DNA of 64,000 nt, from NCBI RefSeq assembly GCF_964204865.1, contig NC_135254.1:11842001-11906000 (forward strand), written 5' to 3'. The notes under the pieces were generated by a model. It worked only from the letters and a program-made list of their open reading frames with translations, was not told the DNA's origin and did not search any database. Origin of the DNA: Styela clava (Eukaryota). The position numbers and the translations under genes were made by a program. Shown piece after piece: positions 38,952 to 52,700 of this stretch. The stretch's first letter is position 1, and every line of letters begins with the position of its first letter.

Positions 38952-40656
38952 GAGGGGTTCCAAACCGCAGCCCGCGGGCCAATTACGGCCCGCGTAACGA
39001 TTTAAAATGGCCCGCCGAACTTGAGTGAAAAAGTTTAACACTTCATGTGGTACGTTTGAGTTTTAGATTCCGTCTATCCTTACATCATTATCACAGTTTA
39101 AGCACTTTTATTTCGTAACAATTGAATTATACTGGTATATTACGCTCGTATGTATACGTATGGGTATTAGGATTACACACCGCAGTATTTTAGATACCAT
39201 ATTAGCCATATATTAAGAAAGCTTGCAGATGTCACAAAACAAAAAGTAGGCACTGAAAACAGACATTTTTTAGATGAATGGCAGTGTTTTTATTTCTTTA
39301 TTGGAAAAAAATCAAACTTCAGCGATTTGTCTTCCTTGCCAACAAAAGATTTCAGTTCTGAAGGAATACAACATTATGCGCCTTTATGATCAGTTGACGC
39401 GCGTATTTCAAAATTTAATTCATTGCTTGATTCGTACAAAAGTCAAACAAACATGTTCAAAAAAATGTGAAATGTGTAACAAAACAAGCCATAAGTAGCC
39501 AAACATACGATGCCATATGCTAGATGAGCAAGTAACTTCATTAGTCACTATAAGTTGTAAATTACTTGCTGAAAGCCGTGCTTGTTATTTATTCCTCGGG
39601 AATTCTATCAGCTAAATATTATAATTATTAATTTCATTACATAACAAACTGCGATGCTAGGTGTATCTAAAATCAAGCTTTGAACCTATTTTGGTGCCTA
39701 TTTCTCAAAATTTTCTCAGGCCGCTTAAGCGCGCCCTGAACCCCAGCCGTATCGTCGCGCACTTTTCCTCGCTCCCCTTTTCTGGCCCTACAATTTTATC
39801 CTGCTGTGTATTTTGGCTCGCCGACAATCAACTCGGGGGACCCCCTCATGTACATCGTTTCTTAAATACATACCAATTTTTGAGAATACAAATAGTTTCA
39901 TCGCTAATAGCAAATTATTTACCACCCCTAAATTTCGAAACACCCACCCCCCCCCCAAAATTAAAAGCTGGGGAACATACTGGCTGCAGGTCCAATCCGT
40001 GTATGTCACAACTGCTAATTCAAAATGCCATTTTGAAATGCAAAACATTACGAGAACGGGTTGAACAAACTCTTTTGTAATGTCCGGGGCATTGCGCAAA
40101 CAGAAAATGCGAGCTGTGCTATGTCCGTCGCATCTGCTCTTGGCCAACAGCTAGCTACTGGTAATAGAATGGAAAGTATTTTTATGTGCCTCTATTAACG
40201 ACGTTTCACGTTCACTGAAAATCTGTAATGCATTTTTACAAATTGACCCATAACGTTGTAAGCCTTATTGACAGCCAAAGATGAATACCAAAACAGGCAT
40301 AAACGTTTTTCTTAAACTGAAGGGAGAAGCTTTGACTTCCGTGCGTCATTGAAACCTCTTCAATCAGCATTCGTCTGATTCAGCTGAAATTGGCTATCAT
40401 GTAACTACAATTTCACGACTACCGCTATAATCAACACAATTAACTGATCTTCTTGTTTAACTTTAGCTTTTATAAAGTGCATGTTAACGAATGACTGTAT
40501 TGCATACTATGGAAGACAAAATAGCCTATTATTTCTCCATGAAAAACATCAACATCAAAATCTAGTTTCAGTTTAGTTGTCGCAGCATCAGGCGGGCCAG
40601 ATTGAATTACCTTACGGGCCGGATACGGCCCACGGGCCGTAGTTTGCCAATGTCAG
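38952..40656 (+). mobile_element. Decayed Buster/SPIN-like hAT element with a remnant of the transposase N-terminus, interleaved with other repeats
   Basis: Left end with ggcccgc repeats; 39230-39385 reads, with a frameshift, KVGTENRHFLDEWQCFYFFI..SAICLPCQQKISVLKEYNIMRLY (GTF2IRD2/SPIN-like zinc-finger start); right end ggcccacgggccgtagtttgccaatgtcag. Confidence 0.6.
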
Positions 40657-40842
40657 GTCTAGCCTTACGTGACTACAACATGACCCTGTGAACAGTTGTT
40701 TTTCAACAGCAACCAATAGTTTCACATACGGGCCACGAGCAAGGCAGTTTACGGGGCAGTCTAGCACGTAGCTTTCTCGGTACTCCTGAAGTATGCGTAC
40801 CAAGATGGCGAACACCGGAGGGTAGTATGTGTACCAGGTTAA
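40526..40842 (+). repeat. 317-bp direct repeat, copy 1 (outer flank of the inverted CYP duplicate)
   Basis: Colinear with 48700-49016; I count about 8 substitutions. Confidence 0.95.
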
Positions 40843-42525
40843 GATTTGTTTGAAAACTTAAGTGGATTGTAGCACTGAATGTAAACGTTCGTATTCAACA
40901 ATATGTCTTGAAATGCCTACCTATCCAACATATAGTGAATACTAAACACAAATTGATCTAAATAAAAATAGCTTTAAGATGTACGTGAACGTACAGCCTT
41001 GCTCGGAAAGAATGGCCTGAATAAGCGCCGTATAAAAATATATATTATAATTACCAATATGATAATTATAATTATGAAACATATTTCCCAATATGACATA
41101 TACAACGTTTCCTCTTTCTTTACCACTGCCCTATGTATGAATTCATTTGGCCATCTGTTGAAAAAAACCAAAGAAATAAATCATATATATATTATAAGAA
41201 GATTGCTATCACGAAGACACGCACTACACAACGTGAATTTAGCATTGAAATAGTTTCCAAAAATTGTCTCGGTAAAATATCTATCTGCAAAACACTATCA
41301 TCATTATTACTTAGTGTTGCTTTATATAACTAGAGCGGGTTCATTTATGCTGTTTTCGAGTTAGCGCTGTGTCCTTTCGCGTGATCTTCATATTATTCAA
41401 AGCAACGAAAATTACGCATCGGAGGTCATTACGTCACGCAAGTTGCATCGGGTTGCAACACAGTGTTGCCATCCGGATCACGAGTTGGCACACAAAGTTG
41501 TTCGTCGTGATGTAATTCTTAACAACGCCAAATTGAGTGGTGGTGACAAAGATTTTGCAACGTGGAACCTAAACAACATTATCTTCTGTTAGAAAGTGAA
41601 TGAAATAGTGAGATAACCTATATTTTCGCAAATAATATTATTATAATTTTAGCTGTTCCGCAATTTCGACGCCGCAGGTCATAATATTGGTTTGATTGTT
41701 GATTATGATGTTAATGAAGCAAGTTTTGATTTGAACAGCATAAAATCATCTGATCAAGCGTGAACTAACACGATGCAGTCCTTGTGATACATTTTCATGC
41801 TCGCTCGCTGCTGCAATGGAAAGGAGTATAAAACTTAAAATAACAGCAATTCCTATTCTTGTTACCATCGACAATATATCAGTAGCTCTTTATCACGAAA
41901 ATTTAGTTCGCTAATTTTCCACAGCCTTATTTCGAATTTAAGCTCGGAATGTTCAACTTCGGAAGCATACAGATGAACAATCATATATAGTAATTCAAAC
42001 ATGATGAACATATATGTGACAAATGCTGTACATTTATAGAAACTATGTTCAACCCCTCTTCTAGTAGTTCCATCCTATTTTCTACTTCATTTCGTCTTGT
42101 TTACGTATGTGCATGCAATGAAACAATCTACGAAGTTGAAATAACGTGAATTGCGATACCATTTTATATGCATATTTTCAGAGGAATTTTAATGCGCTAG
42201 TGACACAAATTGTGATCGCGTGTAAAAGACGCATGAAATGTGATGACAGTTACTCACGAAATGGTTGCAAATACATTAAATCAATGATGTCAAATATATG
42301 AAGACACAAAGTTATATTTTGTTACACTTTTATTTTTGATTTTTGCAGTATATTTTTCGTTTATTGATAGCTTAACATTGCATGAAATACAAAATCAGTA
42401 GTTGTAAAGTAATCAATATTCGGAGTCATTTCTTGTTGTGGTCATAGTGACCGAATTGGTAAAAATTTAAAAAAATGTATAAATAAACAAAGTTCGAAAG
42501 TCAATCTTATTTCTTCCTTTCACAT

Positions 42526-45500
42526 TTACTCTGCTACATTTCTTGGTTCCACCTTCAAATCGAAGTTCACTTCAGGAGCAAGGGTATTGGTGAATTTGAA
42601 TTTCATGGGCGCCTCCTGTGAAAGTAACTTAATATGTCTTGAGTACGTCATTTTAATAACGTTAAATATACTTAATGAAAACAAAAAGACAAATGCACTC
42701 CCAAGCTGTAACAGAATATAATTGTATTATACATTGAAGTAATTTTTTGATTTCTATGAGTAACGTATAACAACCATATTGTCCACAAGAGCATACCCAA
42801 TGTTTGTCATCACGTAAAGCCCGTATCAATAATTAACTTTATCACATAGCGTAACGAGATGATTCAATAAATAATTCGTGATTATAATGAAGCTAATATA
42901 GAAGTGTTTACAAACCGGTGTATTCTCTGCAGGTTTAATAGTAAACTGGTGTAAAATCTTCGCTAGTGCCATCTTGACTTCTATCAGTGCAAATCTCAAG
43001 CCAATGCAATTTCTCGGTCCTGCTCCAAACGGTTGAAACATCATCGGATCAATTTGGCTTATGTCGCGCATTCTGAAAATATCAACTCCAAATAAATGAG
43101 CGGTCAATACTGGACATCTACATTTTCATTTTTCATACTTCAAACTGTTATCATGCTTCTGGGGTTTTAAAGGCTACAAATCGCAATCGCTCGTGTGTAG
43201 GGAAAAAAATAAGAGATACTAGAATTGAACATATTGATATTTCGTATTTATCATAACAGAACAATGTGGTGAAAAACTGCAGTGCATTTCATAGTCGTCT
43301 CACGCCAAAATTCATTGCTCGCTTTATTTTACGAGCATTCCAGGATATTGATTCGGTTTCAGTTGGACTAACTACCCACCATTCCTCTGTGTTTTTATGC
43401 CAGTGGATCCATATGCATATAATACAAGGATGCTATAGCAAAATTAAAAACTACTATTCTAAATAATTCCATATAAATCCACCACGTGGTAATATTTTAA
43501 GTAATTCAAGAGTTTTGGTGCACATCTAGTGGCAAATCTAGCTCAAGTCTTGAATTATGTAGTTTAGTTGAATCATGTATGTCTGGGACGACTGACTTTG
43601 GTCAGATGAAACGTTCCAAAAATATCATTGTGCTAGTGTGAAGCGAAACTATTGAATTACTCGGAATATTAGCACGTGTTTGCTTTATATTTTCATGGAA
43701 ATATTGGTCAATATTTAAATATCATATTTGACTTTCTCATTATACGAAATTGCTTGCTGTTTATACCATTTTTATCAGTTATGGCAAATATTACATTGAA
43801 CTAAATTGACTATATTTAATGTCTATGTAGTACAAAAAAAATGGGTAATTCTAAATTAAATCTTAAGCTGCTCAGCCGTTGCTAAATGTTTATTGACCAT
43901 TACTGTTTAATTATATAAATGAGTTGAATTGAAAAAAAAAAAGATACCTTTCCGGTTTATAAGCAAACGGCTCGTCCCAATACTCAGGGCCATGTGACAG
44001 TCCATACATCGGTATGGCAACCAACAATCCTGCTGGTATTGTGAGGCCATTGATTGTTGTTTCTCTTTCAGCTATGCGAGCCTTTCTAAACATAAATATT
44101 TACGATGGAAGGTTCTACAAAGAAATGCATTTTACCCATAAATACACTCATAATTCAGAACGAAAGCATTATATAACTTTACGTTGCACTAAATATTGCA
44201 CACGGAAAAAACCTAAAATTTGCAAATTTTCATCCTATTGTTCAACAGTCCAATTTTTGGAGTTTCAAGAATATTTTTTAGTTCAAAATTGTTCGTACTA
44301 TACAATTCGCCTTTTTACCCACAAAAAATAAAAACATTTAAAATAAAACGTACTTTATAATTGGCGTATAAAGTCTATAAGAGTTTCATTGATACACATG
44401 TCCAGAAACTTCAAGCCATTTATACCATCATAATCCAGTTTGCCCTGAATAATCATTAAAAATGTTATTATTATGCTGCACATCACGAATTAAGTATTGT
44501 GTACAGCGCATTGGGATCTTGTCACAAGTAACAAAAAATCTTTCCCATTTGAAAAACAAATTTGCAGGCATAGACAGTATGGAAGTCAATTTAATGTATT
44601 TCTGTGGCATTCGAAAAGCTTGATTGATTTTACGTCAAAAGGGTCCTAAAAAGCAGAAACTACATTAGAAATTAAATCTGTTCATAACATATATACATGA
44701 GTTTTTATCATTTCATCTCTTTCTTCTTGAACTTTGGCCTGTATTTCCGGATGTCGGGCAAAATTGAAAAAGAAACTAAAAACGAATTATTAATACACGG
44801 CGATAATGCACTGGTTGTAATTGTAATAGTATTTATTATTTTGAAGAAGAGAAATATTTATAAAATGTAGTTGTTTTATCAGTGCACGTTATGGTATATC
44901 TGGAGGTTCTGGAACGTCTGGACAGAAATTTTCAAGTTGTTTTGAGAATGTCAGAACACAATTTCGGAATAACATATTACGTGAGTATAAAGCGTTGATT
45001 AATTGCCTTTTATACAGCATGCTAACATTGTTTCACAGCTAAACTGCTGGTCATTAACTAAAGCACTTACTCTTTTGAATTGGAAACTCCCCCATTGTTC
45101 TCAACCTTCTTATTTAATGATACAATAGCGTTATCAGCACACCATTCCATTATCGTCGTCATTTGCCTCAACTTTGCGGAGGAAAAAGTTAGTGTCAGTG
45201 TGTTTCTATAACAATATTATTGCAAATATATTCGTACCAATATGGTAACATAATTAAGTGCATCGAAAACCAGGAAGCTTCATGAAGTCAAGTATTTCTG
45301 TTTTAATACAGACATTATACGTGAAATAAATATCAATTAGGGCCGGGTTTTGCAACCATTTATCTAATGTGTACATAAATAAATATTGGACCTCCTGAAG
45401 TATGCGCACCAAGATGGCGCACAGCCTGAACTCAGGTTGTGTACCAGGTTAGGGTTCAGGTTATGCGACATCTTGGTGCGCATACTTCAGGAGTACCTAA

Positions 45501-48425
45501 ATATCACAGTAATGACGAAGAACTAATGGATATTAATAATACTACAGAAAATATAAATCAAAATTCCTCCATAAGAACAACAAAACTCTAAGAAGAACAA
45601 CTCAACGTAGCAGATAAACATTATATTATAATATATACAGATTTTTTGTGAATCACAGTTACGATTAAAATAAAATAATGCATTTTTCTTTGGTATATCT
45701 CGTGATATCAATGTATACCTCATACGTTTCCACTGTTTTAGATCAACATTGGTTAAACTGTTGTTCAACTCTTCGCCGCTAATCTTCAAGAAACGACGCT
45801 AAACATATACAAAAAAATACAATCCCAAAGATGTCAGGCTAGCAACAGAAAGTTGGCAGTTGCCTAAGGTCCTATGTATCGCTTTATGGTAAATGATAAT
45901 TATCATTTAATATATCTTTTTTTTACGTTTAATCCAAACAGCGATATATGATGGTGATTGAAAAAGTCACCCACTCAACAATAAATTTAACAAAATATAT
46001 CACCACTCCACCTGGCGCATTGCAAAATTTGAAAACTCTTTTATGAAAATTTGTCTCAGTATGTCAGGATCATGAATGTGAATCGTTGGGGTAATTCTGA
46101 AGTAAGTCCTGAAAATATTTAAATTTGGTAAATGTACGAAGTACAGTTAGCAAATGAAAAATCTAAAGATTATCCATTTTGCTTTGTTAGGCGTTTCGCT
46201 TTTTCTCGTCTGTATTGATATAAAACGGCTCATGTTTTCCAGATAACTCTGCAACTTCACCGGTGAATTAGGGATTTTTGCCGTCAAGTTGGCGATTGGA
46301 GACTTTGTTTTAAGAATAATTGCAAAAAATTCCTTACTTATATAGAAGCAAAGTATTGAAAATTGTATATTGATGAAATTCACCTACCCGTACACATTTC
46401 CAAACTTTTCTTTGCATTTGTTATCATACCGCAACGCTGCCTGAAAAATTGAAATTCACACGGAAAATTTAGGTGTTTACGAGATTTTTATAACGACGCA
46501 GCAATAAGAGTGCAATGTAACTTTGGCCTCAAAACGTCTTTGAAAATAACACACTAAATTAGGGTTGCCATACCGTCCGGAAAATTCCGGACATGCCCGG
46601 AATTTACGGTTAAATTTTGCGTCCGGGAAGAATTTAAAAATTCTCAAATGTCCGGAATCCGGAATTTTACTGCACCTGCAATCTTACTATGCACACTGCT
46701 AATACAGAACATTGTTATTTCGTACCGCGCGCATATTTTCACTACGAAGTCATGAAAATAGTTATGCACCGTCCGGAATTTTGCTTTTTCAAATATGGTG
46801 ACCCTACACTAAATAGTGAATGTGGCAATGCAGTTCAGGAATAAATTCGTTATTTCAGGTAAAATACATTAAAAAGACCGGAAATTGCTAATTTCGAATT
46901 TCTCCAAATTCATGAATTGGATCGATATAGGACCCGTTGTATATAGACAAACAGATGACAACCAAAAATATAATTGGATCGATGACATATGGTAATTAGT
47001 ATTCCATACTCGAATCGATAACCCCTGATGGAATCGATATCACCATACGCACATACGTGGTATGGTTTCAATTGGATATTCAAAAGGGAGGTATTAAAAG
47101 GTCTGGTATTAGGAGTCGAATCGTCTGTATCAGTGTCGTTTCGTCATGTCTTCATCGTTTGTTCTCCGTGTCTATCTACAATATTAAACTACTTCAACAA
47201 CGTTCAACATCGTTCTTCAACGTGTTTTTATTGGCTAAAATGGTGACAACGTGTTCTTTATTGGCTAAAGCAGTACACATAATTATAGCAACTATAAAAT
47301 AAAAAGCAGGAGAGAAATTTATCCAGATAGTCATTAATAATTTAGCAGTTTTTCCGTCGTTACCGCAAGCTTGAATTGGTAGCCAGTTAAATATGCCTAC
47401 CTCCGCTCCGAAAGTATAAGATAAGTGTCCAAACTTTCGAATTGAACAAGGCTCGTGTGGAATATTAATATTTTTCAGGTATTGCCATTTCCGATGAATA
47501 TAATATCTGAACAAACGAAAAGAGGAAAATGAAACACACTGGAGAAAACTTGTGTACCAGACCATGGCTAAATATCTACCAAACACCTTTTTTAACTATA
47601 ACAATGCCCAATTAAACAATTGCAATTTATTTTAATCAACTAAAAAATGGAAATTAGACATAAATGAATTTGATACATACGAGTACGACACAGTCAGAAT
47701 GTAGCCAAAGCGTATAGGAAGCTTGTCAACGCGGATGGTGGCAAATGGCAAGCTTTACCGACCAAGAGATTACGTCATTCGCGGCGGTTGGAGGGTATGA
47801 CAGGCATTGTCGCATTATACATATATGGGCACGACAGTGTTGTGCTCTCGAGCAAACAAGAGCCCGATGAGATGGAAATTGAATCTCGTTTACGATCCGA
47901 GCAATAAGTATAGTACGTTCCCGATATAGCTATATAAACACTATCCGTATGTTCTAGCATGTCATAGTTAATCAATCATCATTTATTCATCAAAACAATA
48001 TAAGCGTATTATAAGAAAAAAAACCTTATAAATAACAAAAGCTTATTAAAAAGTCTGGGACATTCTGATACAACAATGATCACATTCATTTATTTTTTTT
48101 CTGCTAAAATAACAAAAGACCCAAGGAAAATAAAAATTTCTGGTCTGTGATTTACATACAACTAGTCAGCCCGGAGAGCATGTTGACTGGGATTGTTTCG
48201 AAAAACAAGTCGAAGTATTTAGTCACGTTTTGTGTTTCATTTTTAACCCTGCATTCGAGCCGCAATAACAGTAAGCACAGACGCTGCCAAGGTTCTGCGT
48301 CAAAACTTACTTTAAAAGATTATAAGATAGATATAGTCGTTTATGCGAACTTACCTGCCTAACGCCAATAAGCTGATGATTAAAACCCAAGTCTCAATGG
48401 ATAGAATGTCCAGTGGAGTGATCAT
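42526..48425 (-). pseudogene. CYP3-like cytochrome P450 pseudogene (inverted duplicate)
   Basis: Same exons as 49800-56461, but a ~1.37-kb deletion at ~44770 fuses the start of exon 7 to mid exon 10 (removing the I-helix), and a 2-nt insertion at ~44377 frameshifts the ETLR motif; the heme motif FGAGPRNCIG is still intact. Confidence 0.9.
46560..46806. mobile_element. hAT-type MITE inserted after the duplication
   Basis: TIRs tagggttgccata / tatggtgacccta; 8-bp TSD cactaaat; tccgga subterminal repeats; empty site at ~50960 in the other arm. Confidence 0.92.
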
Positions 48426-48699
48426 CTTTATGCTGTAGCTTCAATCCAATCTTCGAGGCCGATACAACTTGTCGAACCTCTGTCTGTATATCAACTAAAG
48501 AAGCTGTGTTCGAAAACCAACCAAATGCATGCGGGGTAAAAATAAATAAAATGTGGAACTGTTTCAAAACTGATACGGGCAGGAAAACATCTCGGCTAAT
48601 TGAACACATTGATCTTTTTTGTATATTTCAGTAAATATTTGCAAGATATATCAAAAAGGTCGCTCGTTAATTTGATCTTTACCTCGAAGGCAAGTAAAG

Positions 48700-49016
48700 C
48701 TATTATTTCTCCATGAAAAACATCAACATCAAAATCTAGTTTCAGTTTAGTTGTCGCAGCATCAGGCGGGCCAGATTGAATTACCTAACGGGCCGGATAT
48801 GGCCCACGGGCCGTAGTTGGCCAATGTCAGGTCTAGCCTTAGGTGACTACAACATGACCCTGTGAACAGTTGTTTTTCAACAGCAACCAATAGTTTCGCA
48901 TACGGGCCACGAGCAAGGCAGTTTACGGCGCAGTCTAGCGCGTAGCTTTCTCGTTACTCCTGAAGTATGCGTACCAAGATGGCGAACACCGGAGGGTAGT
49001 ATGTGTACCAGGTTAA
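48700..49016 (+). repeat. 317-bp direct repeat, copy 2 (inner flank of the inverted CYP duplicate)
   Basis: Colinear with 40526-40842; only this copy continues into the remainder of the MITE it ends in. Confidence 0.95.
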
Positions 49017-49799
49017 TCCATAATTTTAGGTACAAATACTCGTTAAAAGCGAGGCAAAATGGAAGTAGGCATTGAAGATGATGTTCTGGGTTTAGGAGCC
49101 TGGACACGCCACATGTGTACATTGGTTCTTTCCACAGCAGGCGTTCACGTGGTAGATTGCACCATTGAGTAACGTCGAGAACTATGTAAACCTTATGTGA
49201 ATGAAGATGTGTGTATTTTATGACGAATAGATATTTTTATATTGGTAGACAATTATACATTCGAGATTTGGCAGTCGCGCGCTAGATACCGTTAACATAT
49301 AAGCTCGCGCTGAGACACGGAAATATTTATTGCTCACGGTAGTAGACAACTCGGTACATTGCTTGAAAATATCGTATCGCCATTTGCCAGGGCCGGCGGT
49401 GACTAGGTTGCGTTGCATAAGTTGGTAAATGAGTTAAGGTGGAAAATAACATCAAGGGTTAACATAAAATTATTGGTACTAGACCAGATAAAAATAGAGA
49501 TATTTCTCATACAATCATTGCGGAAACTTTACTTGGCTTCGAGGTAAAGATCAATTAACGAGCGACCTTTTTGATATATCTTGCGAATATTTACGGAAAT
49601 ATACAAAAAAGATCAATGTGTTCAATTAGCCGAGATGTTTTCCTGCCCGTATCCGTCTTGAAACAGTTCTACATTTTATTTATTTTTACGCCGCACGTAT
49701 TTGGTTGGTTTTCGAACACAGCTTCTTTAGTTGATATACAGACAGAGGTTCGACAAGTTGTATCGGCCTCGAAGATTGGATTGAAGCTACAGCATAAAG

Positions 49800-52700
49800 A
49801 TGATCACTCCACTGGACATTCTATCTATTGAGACTTGGGTTTTAATCATCAGCTTATTGGCGTTAGGCAGGTAAGTTCGCATAAACGACTATATCTATCT
49901 TTTAATGTAAGTTTTGACGCAGAACCTTGGCAGCGTCTGTGCTTACTGTTATTGCGGCTCGAATGCAGGGTTAAAAATGAAACACAAAACGTGACTAAAT
50001 ACTTCGACTTGTTTTTCGAAACAATCCCAGTCAACATGCTCTCCGGGCTGACTAGTTGTATGTAAATCACAGACCAGAAATTTTTATTTTCCTTGGGTCT
50101 TTTGTTATTTTGGCAGGAAAAAAAATAAATGAATTTGATCATTGTTGTATCAGAATGGCCCAGAATTTTTAATAAGCTTTTGTTATTTATAATGTTTTTT
50201 CTTATAATACGTTTATATTGTTTTGATGAATAAATGATGATTGATTGACTATGGACATGCTAGAACATACGGATAGTGTTTATATAGCTATATCGGGTAC
50301 GTACTATACTTATTCCTCGGATCGAAAATAAGATTTAATTTCCATCTCATCGGGCTCTTGTTTGCTCGGAAGCACAACACTGTCGTGTCCATATATGTAT
50401 AATGCGACAATGCCTGTCATACCCTCCAACCGCCGCGAATGACGTAATCTCTTGGTCGGGAAAGTTTGCCATTCGCCACCATCCGCGTTGACAAGCTTCT
50501 TATATGCTTTGGCTACATTCTGGCTGTGTCGTATGTATCAAATTCATTTATGTCTAATTTTCATTTATTAGATGAATAAAAAAAATTGCAATTGTTTAAT
50601 TGGGCATTGTTATAGTTATTATAGGGGTTCGGTAGGTATTTAGCCATGGTCTGGTACACAAGTTTTCTCCAGTGTGTTTCATTTTTCTTTTTTCGTTTGT
50701 TCAGATATTATATTCATCGGAAATGGCAATACCTGAAAAATATTAATATTCCACACGAGCCTTGTTCAATTCGAAAGTTTGGACACTTATCTTATACTTT
50801 CGGAGCGGAGGTAGGCATAGATATTTGGCTACCATTTCAAGCTTGCGCCGGTAACGACGGAAAAACTGCTAAATTATTAATGACTATCTGGATAAATTGC
50901 TCTCCTGCTCTTTATTTTATAGTTGCTATAATTATGTGTACTGCATTGCCACATTCACTATTTAGTGTGTTATTTTCAAAGACGATTTAAGGCCAAACTT
51001 ACATTACACTCTTATTGCTGCGTCGTTATAAAAATATCGTAAACACCTAAATTTTCTGTGTGAATTTCAATTTTTCAGACAGCGTTGCAGTATGATAACA
51101 AATGCAAAGAAAAGTTTGGAAATGTGTACGGGTAGGTGAATTTCATCAATATACAATTTTCAATACTTTGCTTCTATATAAGTAGGGAATTTTTTTGCAA
51201 TTATTCTTAAAACAAAATCTTTTATCGCCAACTTGACGGTAAAAATCCCTTATTCACCGGTGAGGTTGCAGAGTTATCTGGTAAACAGTTTTGAGAAAAC
51301 ATGAGCCGTTTTATATCAATACAGACGAGAAAAAGCGAAACGCCTAACAAAGCAAATTGGATAAACTTTAGATTTCATTTGCTAACTGTACTTCGTACAT
51401 TTACCAAATTTAAATATTTTCAGGACTTACTTCGGAATTACTCCAACAGTTCACATTCATGATCCTGACATACTGAGACAAATTTTCATAAAAGAGTTTT
51501 CAAATTTTGCAATGCGCCAGGTGGAGTGGTGATGTATTTTGTCAAATTTATTGTTGAGTGGGTGTTATCAATTAATTTTAACAACTTTTTCAATCACCGT
51601 CATATGTCGCTGTTTGGATTAAACGTAAAAAAAGATATATTAAATGATAATTATCATTTACTATAAAGCGATACATAGGACCTTATGCAACTGCCACCTT
51701 TCTGTTGCTAGCCTGACATCTTCGAGATTTTCTTTTTTTGTATATGTTTAGCGTCGTTTCTTGAAGATTAGCGGCGAAGAGTTGAACAACAGTCTAACCA
51801 ATGTTGATCTAAAACAGTGGAAACGTATGAGGTATACATTGATATCACGAGATATTCCTTGAGAAATACACGAGAAAAATGCATTATTTTATTTTAAACG
51901 TAACTGTAATTCACAAAAAAATTTGTATAATCTAATGTTTACGTGCTACGTTAAGTTTCTCTTCTTAGAGTTTTGTTGTTCTTATGGAGGAATTTTGATT
52001 TGTATTTTCTGTAGTATTTATAAATATCCATTGGTTCTTCGTCATTTCTATAATATTTAGGTACTTCTGAAGTATGCGCACCAAGATGTCGCATAACCTG
52101 AACCCCAACCTGGTACACAACCTGAGTTCAGGTTGTGCGCCATCTTGGTGCGCATACTTCAGGAGGTCCAATATTTATTTATGTACACATTAGATAAAGA
52201 TTGCAAAACCCGACCCCAATTGATATTTATTTCAAGTATAAAGGCTGCATTGAAACAGAAATACTTGACTTCATAAAGCTTCCTGGTTTTGGATGCACTT
52301 AATTATGTTACCATATTGGTACGAATATATTTGCAATAATATTGTTATAGAAACACACTGACACCAACGTTTTCATCCGCAAAGTTGAGGCAAATGACGA
52401 CGATAATGGAATGGTGTGCTGATAACGCTATTGTAGCATTAAATAAGAAGGTTGAGAACAATGGTGGAGTTTTCAATTCAAAAGAGTAAGTACTTTAGTT
52501 AATGACCAGCACTTTAGCTGTGAAACAATGTTAGCATGCTGTATAAAAGGCAATCAACCAACGCTTTATACTCACGTAATATGTTATTCCGAAATTGTGT
52601 TTTGACATTCTCAAAACAACTTGAAAATTTCTGCTTAGACGTTCCAGAACCTCCAGATATACCATAACGTGCACTGGTAAAACAACTTCATTTTTTAAAT

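Larger units (their letters stand above)
40843..48699 (-). repeat. Left arm of a large inverted segmental duplication (reverse complement of 49527-58921)
   Basis: Exons, introns and flanks align in reverse complement throughout, e.g. 40843-41330 vs 58430-58921 and 48000-48699 vs 49527-50220. Confidence 0.97.

Noticed and set aside
48147-50142. Pairs of near-identical ORFs on opposite strands (also 44428/54314 and 43266/55542)
   Set aside because: Conservation reflects the recent inverted duplication of non-coding or out-of-frame sequence, not selection.
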